From IMG/VR virus record IMGVR_UViG_3300018059_000011, positions 20,544 through 84,543 of that record: 64,000 nt of DNA. One strand, written 5' to 3'. The notes beneath the pieces were generated by a model that did no database searches, was not told where the DNA came from, and worked only from the letters and a program-made list of their open reading frames with translations. Positions 41,943 to 53,330 of the stretch are shown here, piece by piece. The translations under genes were made by a program, and so were the position numbers. How positions within the stretch are numbered: the first letter of the stretch is position 1; the number at the start of each line of letters is the position of its first letter. The stretch comes from a virus.

Positions 41943-42265
41943 GCTTCTTTCCTCAAAACTTTGCCTCGCAGGAATCCGCCCTTGCGAACTTCCTTCTCGC
42001 GGCGCTGATGTTCGATCTCGGACCAGGGCACAGCATTCAGCGTTGCCAAGTCCATCAACACTTGGAGAGCGTCCGCATATTCCACGGGGTCGGTCATCGA
42101 CTCGCGGATTTCCTCGGCCTCTTCGTGGAGCTTGCCGATGAGAAGCAGTGGCACCATGTTCGCGGCCACGGGTGGCTCCACGTCATAGGAATTGCCGGTC
42201 CTGGCAACGTAGGCGGCGTGGCCCGGATCGTCCTCCGGCCCCAGGAGATCGCGGATGACTTTCAT
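41939..42265 (-). CDS. PRA-PH / MazG-like nucleotide pyrophosphohydrolase
   Basis: KLHEEAEE...EYADALQV...KEVRKGGF. Confidence 0.8.
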   Translation of the reverse strand: MKVIRDLLGPEDDPGHAAYVARTGNSYDVEPPVAANMVPLLLIGKLHEEAEEIRESMTDPVEYADALQVLMDLATLNAVPWSEIEHQRREKEVRKGGFLRGKVLRKEA

Positions 42266-42269
42266 CTTC

Positions 42270-42524
42270 TTAGTTCCCACTTGCGGTCTTCCTTCCGATG
42301 GCATACTTGCGGGCGACGGCGTAGGCCCCGAGCGCGAACCACGCGCACTGAAGTACAAAGCTGGCGTAGGCTTGATGCGCGTAGACGTTGGCGCCGACGA
42401 GCACGGCACCGACGATGTTGGCAGCGTTCGACCAGTAGGACGTGCCCGCCAGCTTTCCCGTGGATACGAGATAGTACGCCACGAGGACGACGGCGATGCC
42501 GGTGTAACCGAGGACTTCGATCAT
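42270..42524 (-). CDS. Three-TM membrane protein (CBU_0592-like)
   Basis: LGYTG...AYYL...NIVGA...LQCAW; three hydrophobic helices. Confidence 0.65.
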   Translation of the reverse strand: MIEVLGYTGIAVVLVAYYLVSTGKLAGTSYWSNAANIVGAVLVGANVYAHQAYASFVLQCAWFALGAYAVARKYAIGRKTASGN

Positions 42525-42865
42525 CCGCCGTATTGCTCCACTTTGGATCGTTCGAGATCGGTGAGCCCATCCTCGCCCTTGATGGTGTTGTCCACCAGTT
42601 TAGCCGGGCGCGGGAAATAATGATACCAGCCGATGACAGTCCACGAGCATGTTTCGAGGCCGCCAAAAAAGAACGGCCAGTGGACTCCGAACTTTGCGAA
42701 CAGCCACCCGAAGTAAGTCACGCACGCGAACCAGAACAAGGCGATGGTTTGGGCCGGGACTTCAACGGCGTTGCCGGTTCTGAGCGCTTTATATACTGAC
42801 GGAAATGCGGCGATGCCGAACAACGCCCCACCGAGTCCGCCGAGAAGATCAATGTCGAAGTTCAT
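42521..42865 (-). CDS. SemiSWEET / PQ-loop-like membrane protein
   Basis: GGLGGALFGIAAFPSVYKALRTG followed by two more TMs. Confidence 0.65.
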   Translation of the reverse strand: MNFDIDLLGGLGGALFGIAAFPSVYKALRTGNAVEVPAQTIALFWFACVTYFGWLFAKFGVHWPFFFGGLETCSWTVIGWYHYFPRPAKLVDNTIKGEDGLTDLERSKVEQYGG

Positions 42866-45800
42866 GGTCGTGCTCCCCAGTGCATGATGCCGTTAGCGGC
42901 GTTGTTCGAGTAGAAGTGAATCCGATTGTCGGCATCGACTTCGAGATGGTGATACTTGAAGACAACGAACTGTGCCGGTGCGTAATTCTGCGGGCTTCCA
43001 GTGCCCCCGAAATAGTGGTGGCCTCCGACTTTGAAGGCGAGCAATCGCTCTTGCTTGTTCCAAGCGCAGAACGTGAGCTTGCCCCAGGAGACGCCGATGA
43101 TCTCCATGCGACGGTCATTGTGGAGGACGATCTCGGTCTGCATCAGCGGTTCACCTTGCCGAGTACCGCGTGATCGGGACACAGATGGCTGACCAAATAG
43201 TATTCGCCTTGCTTTGGGTCATGCACGAGGCCCGAGATAACTTTCCACTGCTTGCGCGTGATGATGTCATTGGCCTCTTCTTGGGACCGCGCATAGACAG
43301 TGACCTCGACGCAACAGCCACGGGCCTCATCGCAACCGATTGTGAAGGGAAGCTTGAACGCCATCAGAGAAGTCCCTCGGACATCGCTCGGTTGAACACG
43401 TAGTCATCGGCCCGCTTCTGGGTCTCGGGCCGGGGTTTGACGCCGCTAGTGTACTGGGCCTTGAAGTCTGAGGTCACCGTGAAGCGGGTGGCGTAACGGC
43501 GTAGACTGGGGGCCAAGGACGGCTGCGCGAACGAGAATTGGTAGCCGGGTTTGAAAATGTGGTCGCCGCCCTCGGTCACAGCTTCTTACCTTTCACGCCA
43601 TCATTATCACGGACATTGGTTTTTGTCAATGACAATTTGCGCCCCGGCACGAGAATCCTCATGGCCTTTATCATTCCGCGCGGGATCGTGAACAAGTTTG
43701 AAACCCGGCCCGTGTGATTGGCATCGTAGCGTCCGGCAATCGCTTGGCCGAGGCACACCGAATGCTTCGACTCTTTGATGAGGTAGCCGACCGTCTGCAC
43801 GGGATGCGGCTGGACATCGGCGTCGCCGTGGAGAACATCGGTCCAGCCGGTGAACCCGCTGTAGGCGTCATCCCACTCGACAATGACAAGTGGATATACG
43901 ATCCCGAAGGTGTCGTGCCATGAGTAGCCCTTGGACTTGAGGTAATCGAAGTTCGGGGTTTCGGTGTCGTCGCCGTCTGTGCGCTTCACGAGCCCCTCCA
44001 CTTGACGATGAGTTGCATTGACGCTTCGTGGTCGATCTCATGCAGCACCGAAGTCGAGAGGCCGATGCGTTCCAGTGCCCGGCTGCGTTCTTCCTTCAGC
44101 GAGGCCACGGCCAGCAGCGCCGACTTCGTGGGGTCGTTGCCACCGAACTCATGGAAGGATGACGCACGCAAGGCCGCGATTGCGAGATCGAACTTTACGA
44201 CCTCGGCGGCGTTGACCGCGATTTGGTTCTTGAGATTGGATATGCGCTTAGCGATCTCGGCCCCGGTTTCGACCTTGGGCCGCATGTCGGCGTAGGGTGC
44301 GAGCGGATCACCGCTTTTAGAACCTGCCATCAACTTCTCCCGAGGATCGCGTCCATGATAACCGAATGCTCTTGACTGCCGAACTCCTCGCTTGAGTTCG
44401 AGTGCCCGATCTCGCGCATGATGACGCCGTGTTCCTGGTGACTACCCGCGTCGCTTCTTGGGCAGGAGCGCGGCGGCGTCCATGTCTTTGAGCCACTTTT
44501 GGAGGTCCGGGTCCGCGAGACACGAGACGACGGCGCCTTTGTCGAACTCATTCACAACTCCCTCGGCGATGATTTCTTGTGCGTGGACGGCAATCGACCC
44601 GAGCTTCACGAGCACGGGCATTGACAGATCGGTGAGGCGGCTCATTTAATCAAGTCCCGCACCCGACGCTTACCGACAGGGGTAAGCACCCACACGTAGA
44701 GCTTGGTGATGCCGTTGACGAGGGTCTCGGTCTTTGTCACGAGTCCGCTGGCGTGCGCCCAGAGCATGACCGGAGATGCCCCCGTTGGCGTCATCGTCAT
44801 GTCGCCGTCCGCGAACAACGCCGCGAATGAGATCGTGTTCCTGACTTCGATGTCGGTCGGAACCTCGGCGGCGATCAGCGCCTTGAGACCGTCCTCGGCT
44901 CGGGCCAGGGCCTCAACAGCCGTGTCCACATCCACGAGTTCGGCGTCGATCAATGCGGCGTCAGCATTCTCGGAGATCGGTTTGAGCGCGGCCCACGCAT
45001 CGGAAATGCGGTTGCAGGCGATGACCAAGGCTACGCGGCGGCTCAACGGCGCCGCTCCTGGTAGTCCCAATGCCTGACGCTGGAGATGCGATTGTTGCGG
45101 ACGGTGATGCCGCCGCGTTCATACGCGACCACCCCTTGCTCGGATGCGGACAGCGCCGCGATCCGCGACGGGGCCTTGCCGTGGGCTCGGGCGACCCCAG
45201 TCGAGGGCTCGAACACCGAGTAATGCCACACGGTCTCGTCCACGCTCTTGTAGGCACGGGCTCGGGTCGTGTTGATGTCTTCCTTCGTAGCATCGGGCAT
45301 CAGCGCCCATTGCTCGATACCGCGTTCCGCCTTTTCCTTGACCCAGGAAAGTTGCAGGCGCGGGTGTTCAGTTCCGGTCATTGGCAGCTTTCCTCATTTT
45401 GTAGACTTTGCAGGCGATGTACGCTACCACAATCACGGAGAGGTAGGCGATGCTGAGAACCACTGAGATCGGCATCAGAGAATACCCCTCCACCAGAGTA
45501 TGGCTGCGATTCCAAGCGCGACTGTATACCCAATCGCGACCGAAGTCAAGACAATTCCGAGGGCGTGGGGATCGCCGCCGGGACCGGCTACGACCGGATG
45601 CGTAAAGAACATCGACGGGGACGGAGCCCAGGCCGCGAGTATCATACTCCTGGCCTCGTGAAAGATTTGGATTCCGGGACCGCGCCCATCATGCAGATCA
45701 AGGCAGTGGCCGTCATCCCATCATGGAGACCAGCGGCGTATATGACGCGCCCGGCCCAGACCAGGGAGAAGGCATAGCCGGTGACCAATGCGGCTACGGT

Positions 45801-48800
45801 TGCCGCGACCAAAAGCTTTTTCATTTGCGTTTCCTTCTGGCGAGCATCCGCTCGGCTTCGAGATCGGCCTCGTGAACGGTCTTGACGTTGGCGTAAGAGA
45901 GATCGCCGTAGCCGCTGACAGAGTAGCCGATAAGCTGTGCGAGTTGGTTCATGTCCTCACGGGTGAAGGCGTTCGAGGCATAGTGCATCCCGATCTTGTT
46001 CATGTCGAAGATGCCGCGCTCACGGCCTTGATCGAGCATCCACGAGATGATGCCGTTCTCTTTGAAACGGATGACGCCGTGGTCATCGAACACGAGAGGC
46101 TGATTCGGATGCTTGGGGCTACGCACGAGCCCGCTCATGTCGGCGGCTGCGACCATGTACTCGGACACGATCCGCTTCACGAACTCGGTGTCGCGTTCTC
46201 CCTTGAGCTTCTTCATGGCCGTGCGTGAGGCCGCGAGCAAGGCAACGGCGCCGTCGAGTTTCATCATCGCGGCAAAATCCCTGGAACTGCCGAAATCGTC
46301 GAGATCAACACCGACTCTGCCCGTTTGGGGTCGGCAACATTGGCGTTGAAATGGAGGTCGCGGGTCCGGCGTTTCTGAAGAAGCGACTCGACCTTGCCGC
46401 CAGACGGCGGGTACACGATGTAATCGAGGCACGCATTGCGGAGCGCAGCCAAAGTATGTGCGGCGTCGGCTCTGTCGTCGATGCACCAGCGCATCACCCG
46501 GCGGATGTTCCGCTCTTGGATACGCGCGTCTTCAATGGTCGGCACCAAGCGGACGCCATCGTCGGACCAATGGAGGTCGAGGCTCATTCGCCTTTTGCTC
46601 CGCAGGTACAACTTACCGGCGTGAATGGATGAGGGCGTCTCAAAGCGCAGTCGGTAGTATGCTCCGGCGACGCAGGATCGTGAGAGCACAGGTGGATGAA
46701 GTCGGCGCGGGATGCAGGCAACTCGAACTCCTCGGGGCATGAGGCGCCGTGCTCGCGGACGTTACGAACACCGGCCTTCAGCTTCGTGAGGTCCGTTCGG
46801 TAGGTGAAGAGAAGCCATGCCTGGACGAAGCCCAACCACCGGCTCGCCTTGGTAGCGGAGTCAAGGCTATGAATGCGGTCGAGCATCCATGCCATGTGGC
46901 GTTCACTGCGGCCCTTGGGGTCTTCAGCAGAGATCACGCCCTTGAAATAGCGAGCACGGATGCGACCGGCCAGCACCTTGGTGGTGCCAAGTGACAGATC
47001 GAGGCCGTTGTCGTCGAACGTGGCCGGGGTCAATCCCCGAAGAATCTGCCTTGCTACGGTCACGGCCTCGGCGGCGCCGAGATCGAGATCGTAGGAGGGT
47101 CCGTCGTTATACGGAATCCGAATTTGCAGCGCCGGAATCCCCGGCCCGAAGCCGGTGTTGAGCGCGATCTGATAGCCGTGAAACTTGTCCTCGGGTCGGT
47201 TCCAGATCACCACTGAGCCTTTAGCTGGGGGTTGCCCTGTGAATACGCGATGGCTCATGTCTCGTTCCTTTCGCATCGAAGGCAACTGCCTTGTTGATGC
47301 CATGTATGCGCTTTGCATATCGCGCAGAACTCAGTGACCACGGCTCCGGCCCGAGCCCGGCGATTGACGCACGAGCCGGGTGTCGGGCATTCACACTCGC
47401 ATTCGTTATCGGGACATTGGCATCCCTCGGCGTGAATGTCAATAGCCGTCATCGTCTTTTCTCATGTCGGCGACCGCCGCAAAGATTTCCGGGAGGGCGG
47501 CACCGCAGTCCAAACAGTCAGCGGAACCATCGACGTTGCCGCGTGTGCTCTCATGCGGGCACTTGATCCGAAGCTGCGTGAGGTCGTGTCTCAGCGCTGC
47601 GTGGGACGCAATCAGGAATGCTACGGGGTCGTCGCCCGCACCGATGTCGGGAACGATCTCGCGGAGATAGGAGACCACCTTGAGTTCGCTGGCGTCGTAG
47701 GGCCTCGCGTCGAAATCACGCTCCATCGGTTTTTCCTCCCGAGACCAAGCGCAGCGGTGTCTTCAGCATTTCCAGCAACGACATCAGATTTTTCGAGGGC
47801 TCGCCAAAGCGCGATCTCATGCCGTGGCAGATGTCGAACTCCAACTTCGTGCAGGCGCCGTAGACTTCGTACCACGGGGTATCGCAATCGTACTTGGTGG
47901 CGACGAGATAGCTCTCGAAATTGTGGACGAACACGATCCTGCCGTCTTCGGCCTTGTAGCCGATAGCCGCAATCCGGGCCTTGGCAAACGCTACCGAGTC
48001 CGTGAGGATGATGATCGCCATTACTTTCCTCTGGGGCCGGTGCCGACCAAGTGGACCGTACCCGAAAACATCTTGGCGTAATCGCAGGCGTTGCCGACAG
48101 CCATGTCGTGAGTGAACCGGCAGCCACCGTAGTGTGCGGCGTTGAAACCTTCGGTGTCGTGGTACTCGACGTAGGCTTGCGGCCACCACCGAGGCTGAAA
48201 TCCCCGAAGGCCCTGGTGCTGGAACCAGCCGCGATTGCCGAGCCAGATGATGAAGCGGGCTATCAATCGTTTGGCCCCGGCATTGCCCCCAGAGACCTGT
48301 AGTTCCGTTTGGCCTCTGGCAGCAGCTTAGCGGCTTCGTAGATCGCCGGGACGACGTGCCGCTGGAACGCACCACCGCCGTTCGTGAAATGGGTTTTGAG
48401 GGGCCACGGATGGCGACGGCTGTTGCACGGAGAGCATTCACCGCACACGTCATCATACATGCGTCCGTGGATGCGTTCGATGCGGTCGCCGAGGTCATGC
48501 CATCTTGCATTGAGGTCGAGCCACACGGCGCCGCCGGGATTGGCCTCGTCGAGTCTGCGCGTGATATGGTGCCGAGTGATCTTTGAGTCCACGTAAACAT
48601 GCAGTCCGGCGGCATAGGAGCAAGCCATCGCCTCGGCAACGACTACCTTGCTTTCAAGAAGGGCAAGAGCCCGCGCGACCACTGCACCGTGGTGCTCGAT
48701 CACGCGGGCTGCTACCTTCTCCCCAATGTCAAACAGGGCTTGCATTAGTTGTCGTCGCCGCCCTTGCCGTTGTCGCCGTCGCCGCCACCCTTGAGGGCCT

Positions 48801-49188
48801 TCTCCAGCCCCGCGAAGTCGGCCTTGGTCAGTGCCGTGTTCACGGCGGTTGTCAGCTTCTCGACCGCCTTCCTGGCCTTGCTGATCTCGCTCAGCCGTTT
48901 CTCGGAATAGGTCTGCGGCAGCGGCGTGGTGTTCGGAGCCGAGAATGCCTTGGCGCCGTCCGGCTTGTTGATGTCGTCATGTGCCTTCGTCAGCGTCACG
49001 AGCTTGTCGAAGCCCTTGACCAGAAGATCGGCGCGGCGACCGACTTCGCGCTCGACGAAAACATCCACGACACGATCCACGAGTGGACCTTCCGCTTGCG
49101 CCGCGTCGATGCCGTTTTGGACTCGCGTGAGAATCGTATCGGTAGTTGTCGCCTTCGGCTCTGCCGGAGACTGTGTTTCATCGGCCAT
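42862..49188 (-). CDS. Array of about 20 small hypothetical early genes (e.g. 43576-44001, 45043-45381, 46584-47258, 48263-48745, 48745-49188)
   Basis: Tightly coupled minus-strand ORFs; no recognisable function. Confidence 0.6.
45521..45549 (-). promoter_or_regulatory. Putative sigma70-type early promoter
   Basis: cTTGACT-17bp-TACAGT (inside a small TM ORF). Confidence 0.5.
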
Positions 49189-49229
49189 GTGTTGCTCCTC
49201 CCAGAGCGGTTGGTTGAGATGATGACGCC

Positions 49230-49258
49230 TCTATACCAGAGGCCACCGTGAAAGTCAA
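49230..49258 (-). promoter_or_regulatory. Sigma70-type early promoter
   Basis: cTTGACT-17bp-TATAGA with extended TG; intergenic. Confidence 0.7.
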
Positions 49259-49261
49259 GCG

Positions 49262-49973
49262 CTAATTGTCGTATGAGATGTCGCCGGACCCGAATGGATC
49301 GAGGATGCGATAATTGCGGTAGTCGATGGCCCGCAGGATGACGGCGCCGCCGTTGACGGTGAGGGCCTTGTGCTCATAGTGCACGGTCCCGCCTTCATCG
49401 TCCGAAGTCACCTTCAGCAGCGTGGCGACACAGGCAACCGCGTAACCGGCAACCCGGTCATCGTAGGCGAAGCGATAGCTGCTCCCGCCATTGATCTCAC
49501 GCGATTTGAGGAGACCGCCAGGAATCGCGCGGTAGGCTTCTAGCGACATCTCGACACGAGGCATCGCCAAAGGCGCACGTAGCAAATCACGAACGGTGAT
49601 AGAGTTGTCGAGAACGCTCATGTCGTCATCCTCCCTGTTTGCGGGTAAGCCAAGCATGATCGCTTTCGTAATCGGGATGATCCCGAAATGCAGCTTCGAT
49701 GCCCGTCGCGAGTTCAAGCGAAGCGGTGTCGTCCTTATTCCGAAGCACCCGGCACCGCCGTTGTGCCGTCTTCATCGTGAAGTCGCCGCGATACTGCTCG
49801 GCGTTCGACTTGTCACAGAGCTTCGTGGCTCCGCGCTTGTTGACGCCAATGCCACCGACGATCTCGTCGTGTCTCCACGAACTTTTCCATTCGTCGCGGA
49901 CGTAATACGCGCGGCGCTCACCCCGATGCTGGAATGTGTGTAACCGGAATCTCGGGTAGTGCTGCTCCCTCAC
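49262..49973 (-). CDS. Two hypothetical proteins (49262-49621, 49626-49973)
   Basis: Consecutive ORFs; GGGAGGA RBS before 49621. Confidence 0.55.
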
Positions 49974-50674
49974 GGGGTCACCGCCACGAGCCGGTCGAGT
50001 CCGATTGCCACTTCCAGCACCTTCATGCCGGGGTAGTCGTTGCGAAGCGAGATCGACGCCATCTCCCGCCAGTCCACGCCGTTACCGCTGGCGTCGAGGT
50101 TCACTTCAATGTCCCGCGTCTCCTCGGAGTAGGAGGGCAGGCGGTCGCTGTGGACGACGCGCGTCTCTGCATTCGTGATCGCGGCGATTTCGCGACGCAC
50201 GGATTCGACGACCGGCGCCGAATAGTCCGCCATCGTGTTGAGGCCGTAGACGCACTGGAACTCCAATTGGTAGAACTCGAAGAAGCGAAGTTTGGCGGCA
50301 TTCGCGCCCTCGGACGATTCCCGGCGGAAGCTCTTGCCCGCCTGATAAACGCAGACCGGCGGCTTGGTCCCGTGAGCGAGCAAGTAGCCCGCATAGAGAT
50401 AAGAGGAGGCCGTGGTCTCGGCTCGGAGGCTCACGCCTTCGCCGCCGAAGCTGCCTGATGTTGCCCACAGGTCGCTGTCACCGTACTCCGGCGAGATGCG
50501 AGACTGCGGCGTCAGCAGCGGACCATCGACCCGATGAAAGGACCATGCGCGATTGAGTTCGACCAGGGGCTCACGCACGGCAAAGACGAGGCGTGGGATG
50601 AATCCCTCGCGCAACGCGATCTCGCGCTCAGTCCAGAAGCGAAGCTGGCCGGTGTTGTAGAGCGCGTGGCTCAC
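49970..50674 (-). CDS. Stand-alone class II aminoacyl-tRNA synthetase catalytic core (GlyRS-like), no anticodon-binding domain
   Basis: LRAET, QAGKSFRRE (motif 2), LRFFEFYQLEFQ, EMASISLRND, EVAIGLDR (motif 3); 234 aa. Confidence 0.82.
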   Translation of the reverse strand: MSHALYNTGQLRFWTEREIALREGFIPRLVFAVREPLVELNRAWSFHRVDGPLLTPQSRISPEYGDSDLWATSGSFGGEGVSLRAETTASSYLYAGYLLAHGTKPPVCVYQAGKSFRRESSEGANAAKLRFFEFYQLEFQCVYGLNTMADYSAPVVESVRREIAAITNAETRVVHSDRLPSYSEETRDIEVNLDASGNGVDWREMASISLRNDYPGMKVLEVAIGLDRLVAVTP

Positions 50675-51119
50675 GGCTTTGCCTTTGGCTTGAGGAACAG
50701 CGCTTCGAGTTGATCGAGATTGTTGAGAATGATCCTGATCGTCCCCTTCGCGATCTTCGAGTTGTCGTGCAGCAACGTAACGATGACCTCGCGTTTCAGC
50801 CGCGAAGCACTCAGCTTGTGCATGGCCGATGCCAAATCGACGATAGCCGTCTCCAAGACTTCGGTCGGCAACGGGACATCGCCGGGTTTCACTTTGATCT
50901 GGCTCATGGATTCGTCCTCTGCATCATGATCTTGGTGCCGTGCTCGACAATGCGAAAGCGAGGCCGGTCATGGTAGAACAAAAGCTTCTGAATCGCCAGG
51001 GCCTCGACCATCGTCTTTGGTGTCAGATCGCCACGAGGGTGGATGACGAGGATGTCATAGCCCTCTAGTTTGGCCGCGTGCAGAAGCCAGTCTGATCTCG
51101 TGGCGAAGATGTCGGCCAT
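50671..51119 (-). CDS. Two small hypothetical proteins (50671-50907, 50904-51119)
   Basis: Coupled ORFs downstream of a promoter. Confidence 0.55.
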
Positions 51120-51144
51120 GCCCATCCCTAAACGAAGAAGGCGG

Positions 51145-51173
51145 ACTCTACCAGAGCCCGCCCTCGATGTCAA
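51145..51173 (-). promoter_or_regulatory. Sigma70-type early promoter
   Basis: cTTGACA-17bp-TAGAGT; CTCTGG before the -10, as at the 49230 promoter. Confidence 0.7.
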
Positions 51174-51195
51174 GAACTATTTTCAGCCAGCGACT

Positions 51196-51477
51196 TCAGT
51201 TCACGAGCCGAGGCGGCGCCCCGTTGAACTCCAAGGTCAGCACGCCGAGAGCCGTGATCTTGCGGATGATGCTAAGAGCGTCTTCGCGCCCCTTGGGATG
51301 GGGACCGGCGAATGCGGCCTTGGCCTTTTCGAGATAGGCTTCCATCAGCAACACGCCTTCGCCGACAGTGACGGTGGTACGGTCGGTCTGTGCGTTGCCC
51401 TTCTGCGCGTCCTGGTAATCGCGTTCGCTGTCGATTGCGGCGTAGACCTCCGCACGGGTTGCAACGAAATTACTCAT
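51196..51477 (-). CDS. Small helical protein, possibly MazG-like
   Basis: AGGAGG RBS; IDSERDYQD...RKITALGVLTLE. Confidence 0.55.
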   Translation of the reverse strand: MSNFVATRAEVYAAIDSERDYQDAQKGNAQTDRTTVTVGEGVLLMEAYLEKAKAAFAGPHPKGREDALSIIRKITALGVLTLEFNGAPPRLVN

Positions 51478-51661
51478 GCCATTTCCTCCTGGGTTAGAAA
51501 AAGACGGAGACCGGAATGCTACCACCCGATGCCCCCTACTCAGCTAGGCCCCCGCTTGTACTTCGCAGCGACCTCTCCGCATTCAAGTTCCTCTCGTTGC
51601 CTACCAGTTCAACCGGGTAGCGATCCACGGCTCGTAAGGGCTGCGCTCCGAGAGGAGTTCG

Positions 51662-52291
51662 CTATTTAATGAACCACGTCTTGATAGCATTCGACGTGAT
51701 CGAGATCACTTCATCGGACGTAGCCTCGCGGGGCTCGGCGCTTACCCAGGCCGGACCCTGCCAAAACACGCGAGCGTGCTCGGTGTCGGGATTGAATGTC
51801 CGGTCGATGAGAGTCACGGTCCCGTCTTCCGGCGCGCTCATGTGAATCTCGTTGGCCGCCTGCCGATACCAGTCACCGGCTTCGTAGAGTTCAACTGGAT
51901 GCTCGAACAGGCGCACGGGCACGGGATCGGACTTCACGCATCCGCCGGGGCCACATTGAATCGTCTGCTCGTTATAAATGTCTGAAGATTGCCCCAGCGT
52001 GATACCGCTATCGACTTCCTTGGTGTACCGGATGTTGCGAAGCCGACCGGCGATAATCAGTGACGAAAAGTCCCACGGGTGATCGTGATGCAGCGACACC
52101 TTCGGCACCCCATAGCGACTGTCCCACACATGCAGCCGCAGGGCCTTGTCGGGCATGTACAGCCGCAGCATCCCGAAACCTTGCAATGACCATTGCTGGC
52201 CGGAGCCGAGCGGCGCCCTGAGAACGCGCTCGACCAGGGAATGGATCATCTTGAACTCGGATTCGCTGCTACTGCCGTGAGTGTAAGTCAT
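51662..52291 (-). CDS. Cupin / double-stranded beta-helix-like protein
   Basis: LRLHVW...HHDHPWDFSSLIIAG...EIH...TVTL. Confidence 0.65.
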   Translation of the reverse strand: MTYTHGSSSESEFKMIHSLVERVLRAPLGSGQQWSLQGFGMLRLYMPDKALRLHVWDSRYGVPKVSLHHDHPWDFSSLIIAGRLRNIRYTKEVDSGITLGQSSDIYNEQTIQCGPGGCVKSDPVPVRLFEHPVELYEAGDWYRQAANEIHMSAPEDGTVTLIDRTFNPDTEHARVFWQGPAWVSAEPREATSDEVISITSNAIKTWFIK

Positions 52292-52692
52292 CGTTTCACC
52301 TTCACTACCTTTATGTGCGCGGCTTCTGCTCGCCGGATCATGTCGTCAGTTCCGGTCCCGCCTGGGAATGCCGCAACTACATCGGGGGCACCGACATCGA
52401 CCATCTTCTGGTTCCGGCGGAAACCGGCGCGAGCATCATACTTCTTGCCGTCCGCTCGGGTTCGGATCAAGGCGTCAGCGTGCGTGAGATCGTCCCATGC
52501 CGCCGGGTACGCCTCGAATGGAATGCCCCTGGACTTCGCCCACTCCCGACCGAGGGTGTCGGCGCCGGGCGCTTCACCTTCGATGATGACGCCAATGGGG
52601 TTGGCCGCGTGTGCGAGATCGAGGACACGAAAGACGCGGGCTTCATCGTTGTAGTCGCGACCGCCACAGACCAAGACCCGCCGTCCGCTCAT
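52288..52692 (-). CDS. DUF2493 / YspA-like SLOG protein
   Basis: RVLVCGGRDY...GEAPGAD...RNQKM...AFPGGTGTDDM. Confidence 0.88.
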   Translation of the reverse strand: MSGRRVLVCGGRDYNDEARVFRVLDLAHAANPIGVIIEGEAPGADTLGREWAKSRGIPFEAYPAAWDDLTHADALIRTRADGKKYDARAGFRRNQKMVDVGAPDVVAAFPGGTGTDDMIRRAEAAHIKVVKVKR

Positions 52693-53060
52693 CCCAACCC
52701 CTTAGTGCTGAAGCCTACCAAGCGCCCGGTATTGCGCTCGATCTGAACCGCACGGTCATCCCAGAGTTCAATGAGATCGTAGTCCTTCTGATTTGTTACC
52801 TTGAGGCGAACGCCGATGTGCTCGTGCGTCCAATCTTGGATGGCCTTGATGATTTCCTCGCGCGCATCCTGTTCGTCATCGCAGACGCGGGCGGTCATTA
52901 CCCGGACCTCGAAGCCGCCTGCAATCCACGCCTTCACGCGCACAATCATCGCGGGGATGGGCGCCCCGACTACATGAGGCCGATATGGCTTCTCGGTGTC
53001 GTCGGCAAGTGTGCCGTCGAGATCAACGCCGATCCACCCCCGTCGCGGCGTTGTGCTCAC
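52689..53060 (-). CDS. HAD-superfamily phosphatase-like protein
   Basis: WIGVDLDGTLA...MTAR...K...WDDRA. Confidence 0.8.
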   Translation of the reverse strand: MSTTPRRGWIGVDLDGTLADDTEKPYRPHVVGAPIPAMIVRVKAWIAGGFEVRVMTARVCDDEQDAREEIIKAIQDWTHEHIGVRLKVTNQKDYDLIELWDDRAVQIERNTGRLVGFSTKGLG

Positions 53061-53330
53061 TTCGGCCTGCCGGTCTTGTGGTTCCATCTGACCATCTTCG
53101 CGAAGACGGCGACGAAGCGCTTGGTGCCAAACGGGACCGGATTCCACGAGTTGAGATTGAAGCCCCGCGCCTGCATCCGGGCGCACCCGGCATCGAAGCT
53201 CTTGATGTCGCGGTAGCCCACGACCTTGTAGCGCGATCTCCGGTTCATGAGAAGAACCTGATCTTGATCGCGGCGGCAACAACCGCCACGACGATGATAC
53301 CGCCGAACACGACGGGAAGCATTTGGTCCA

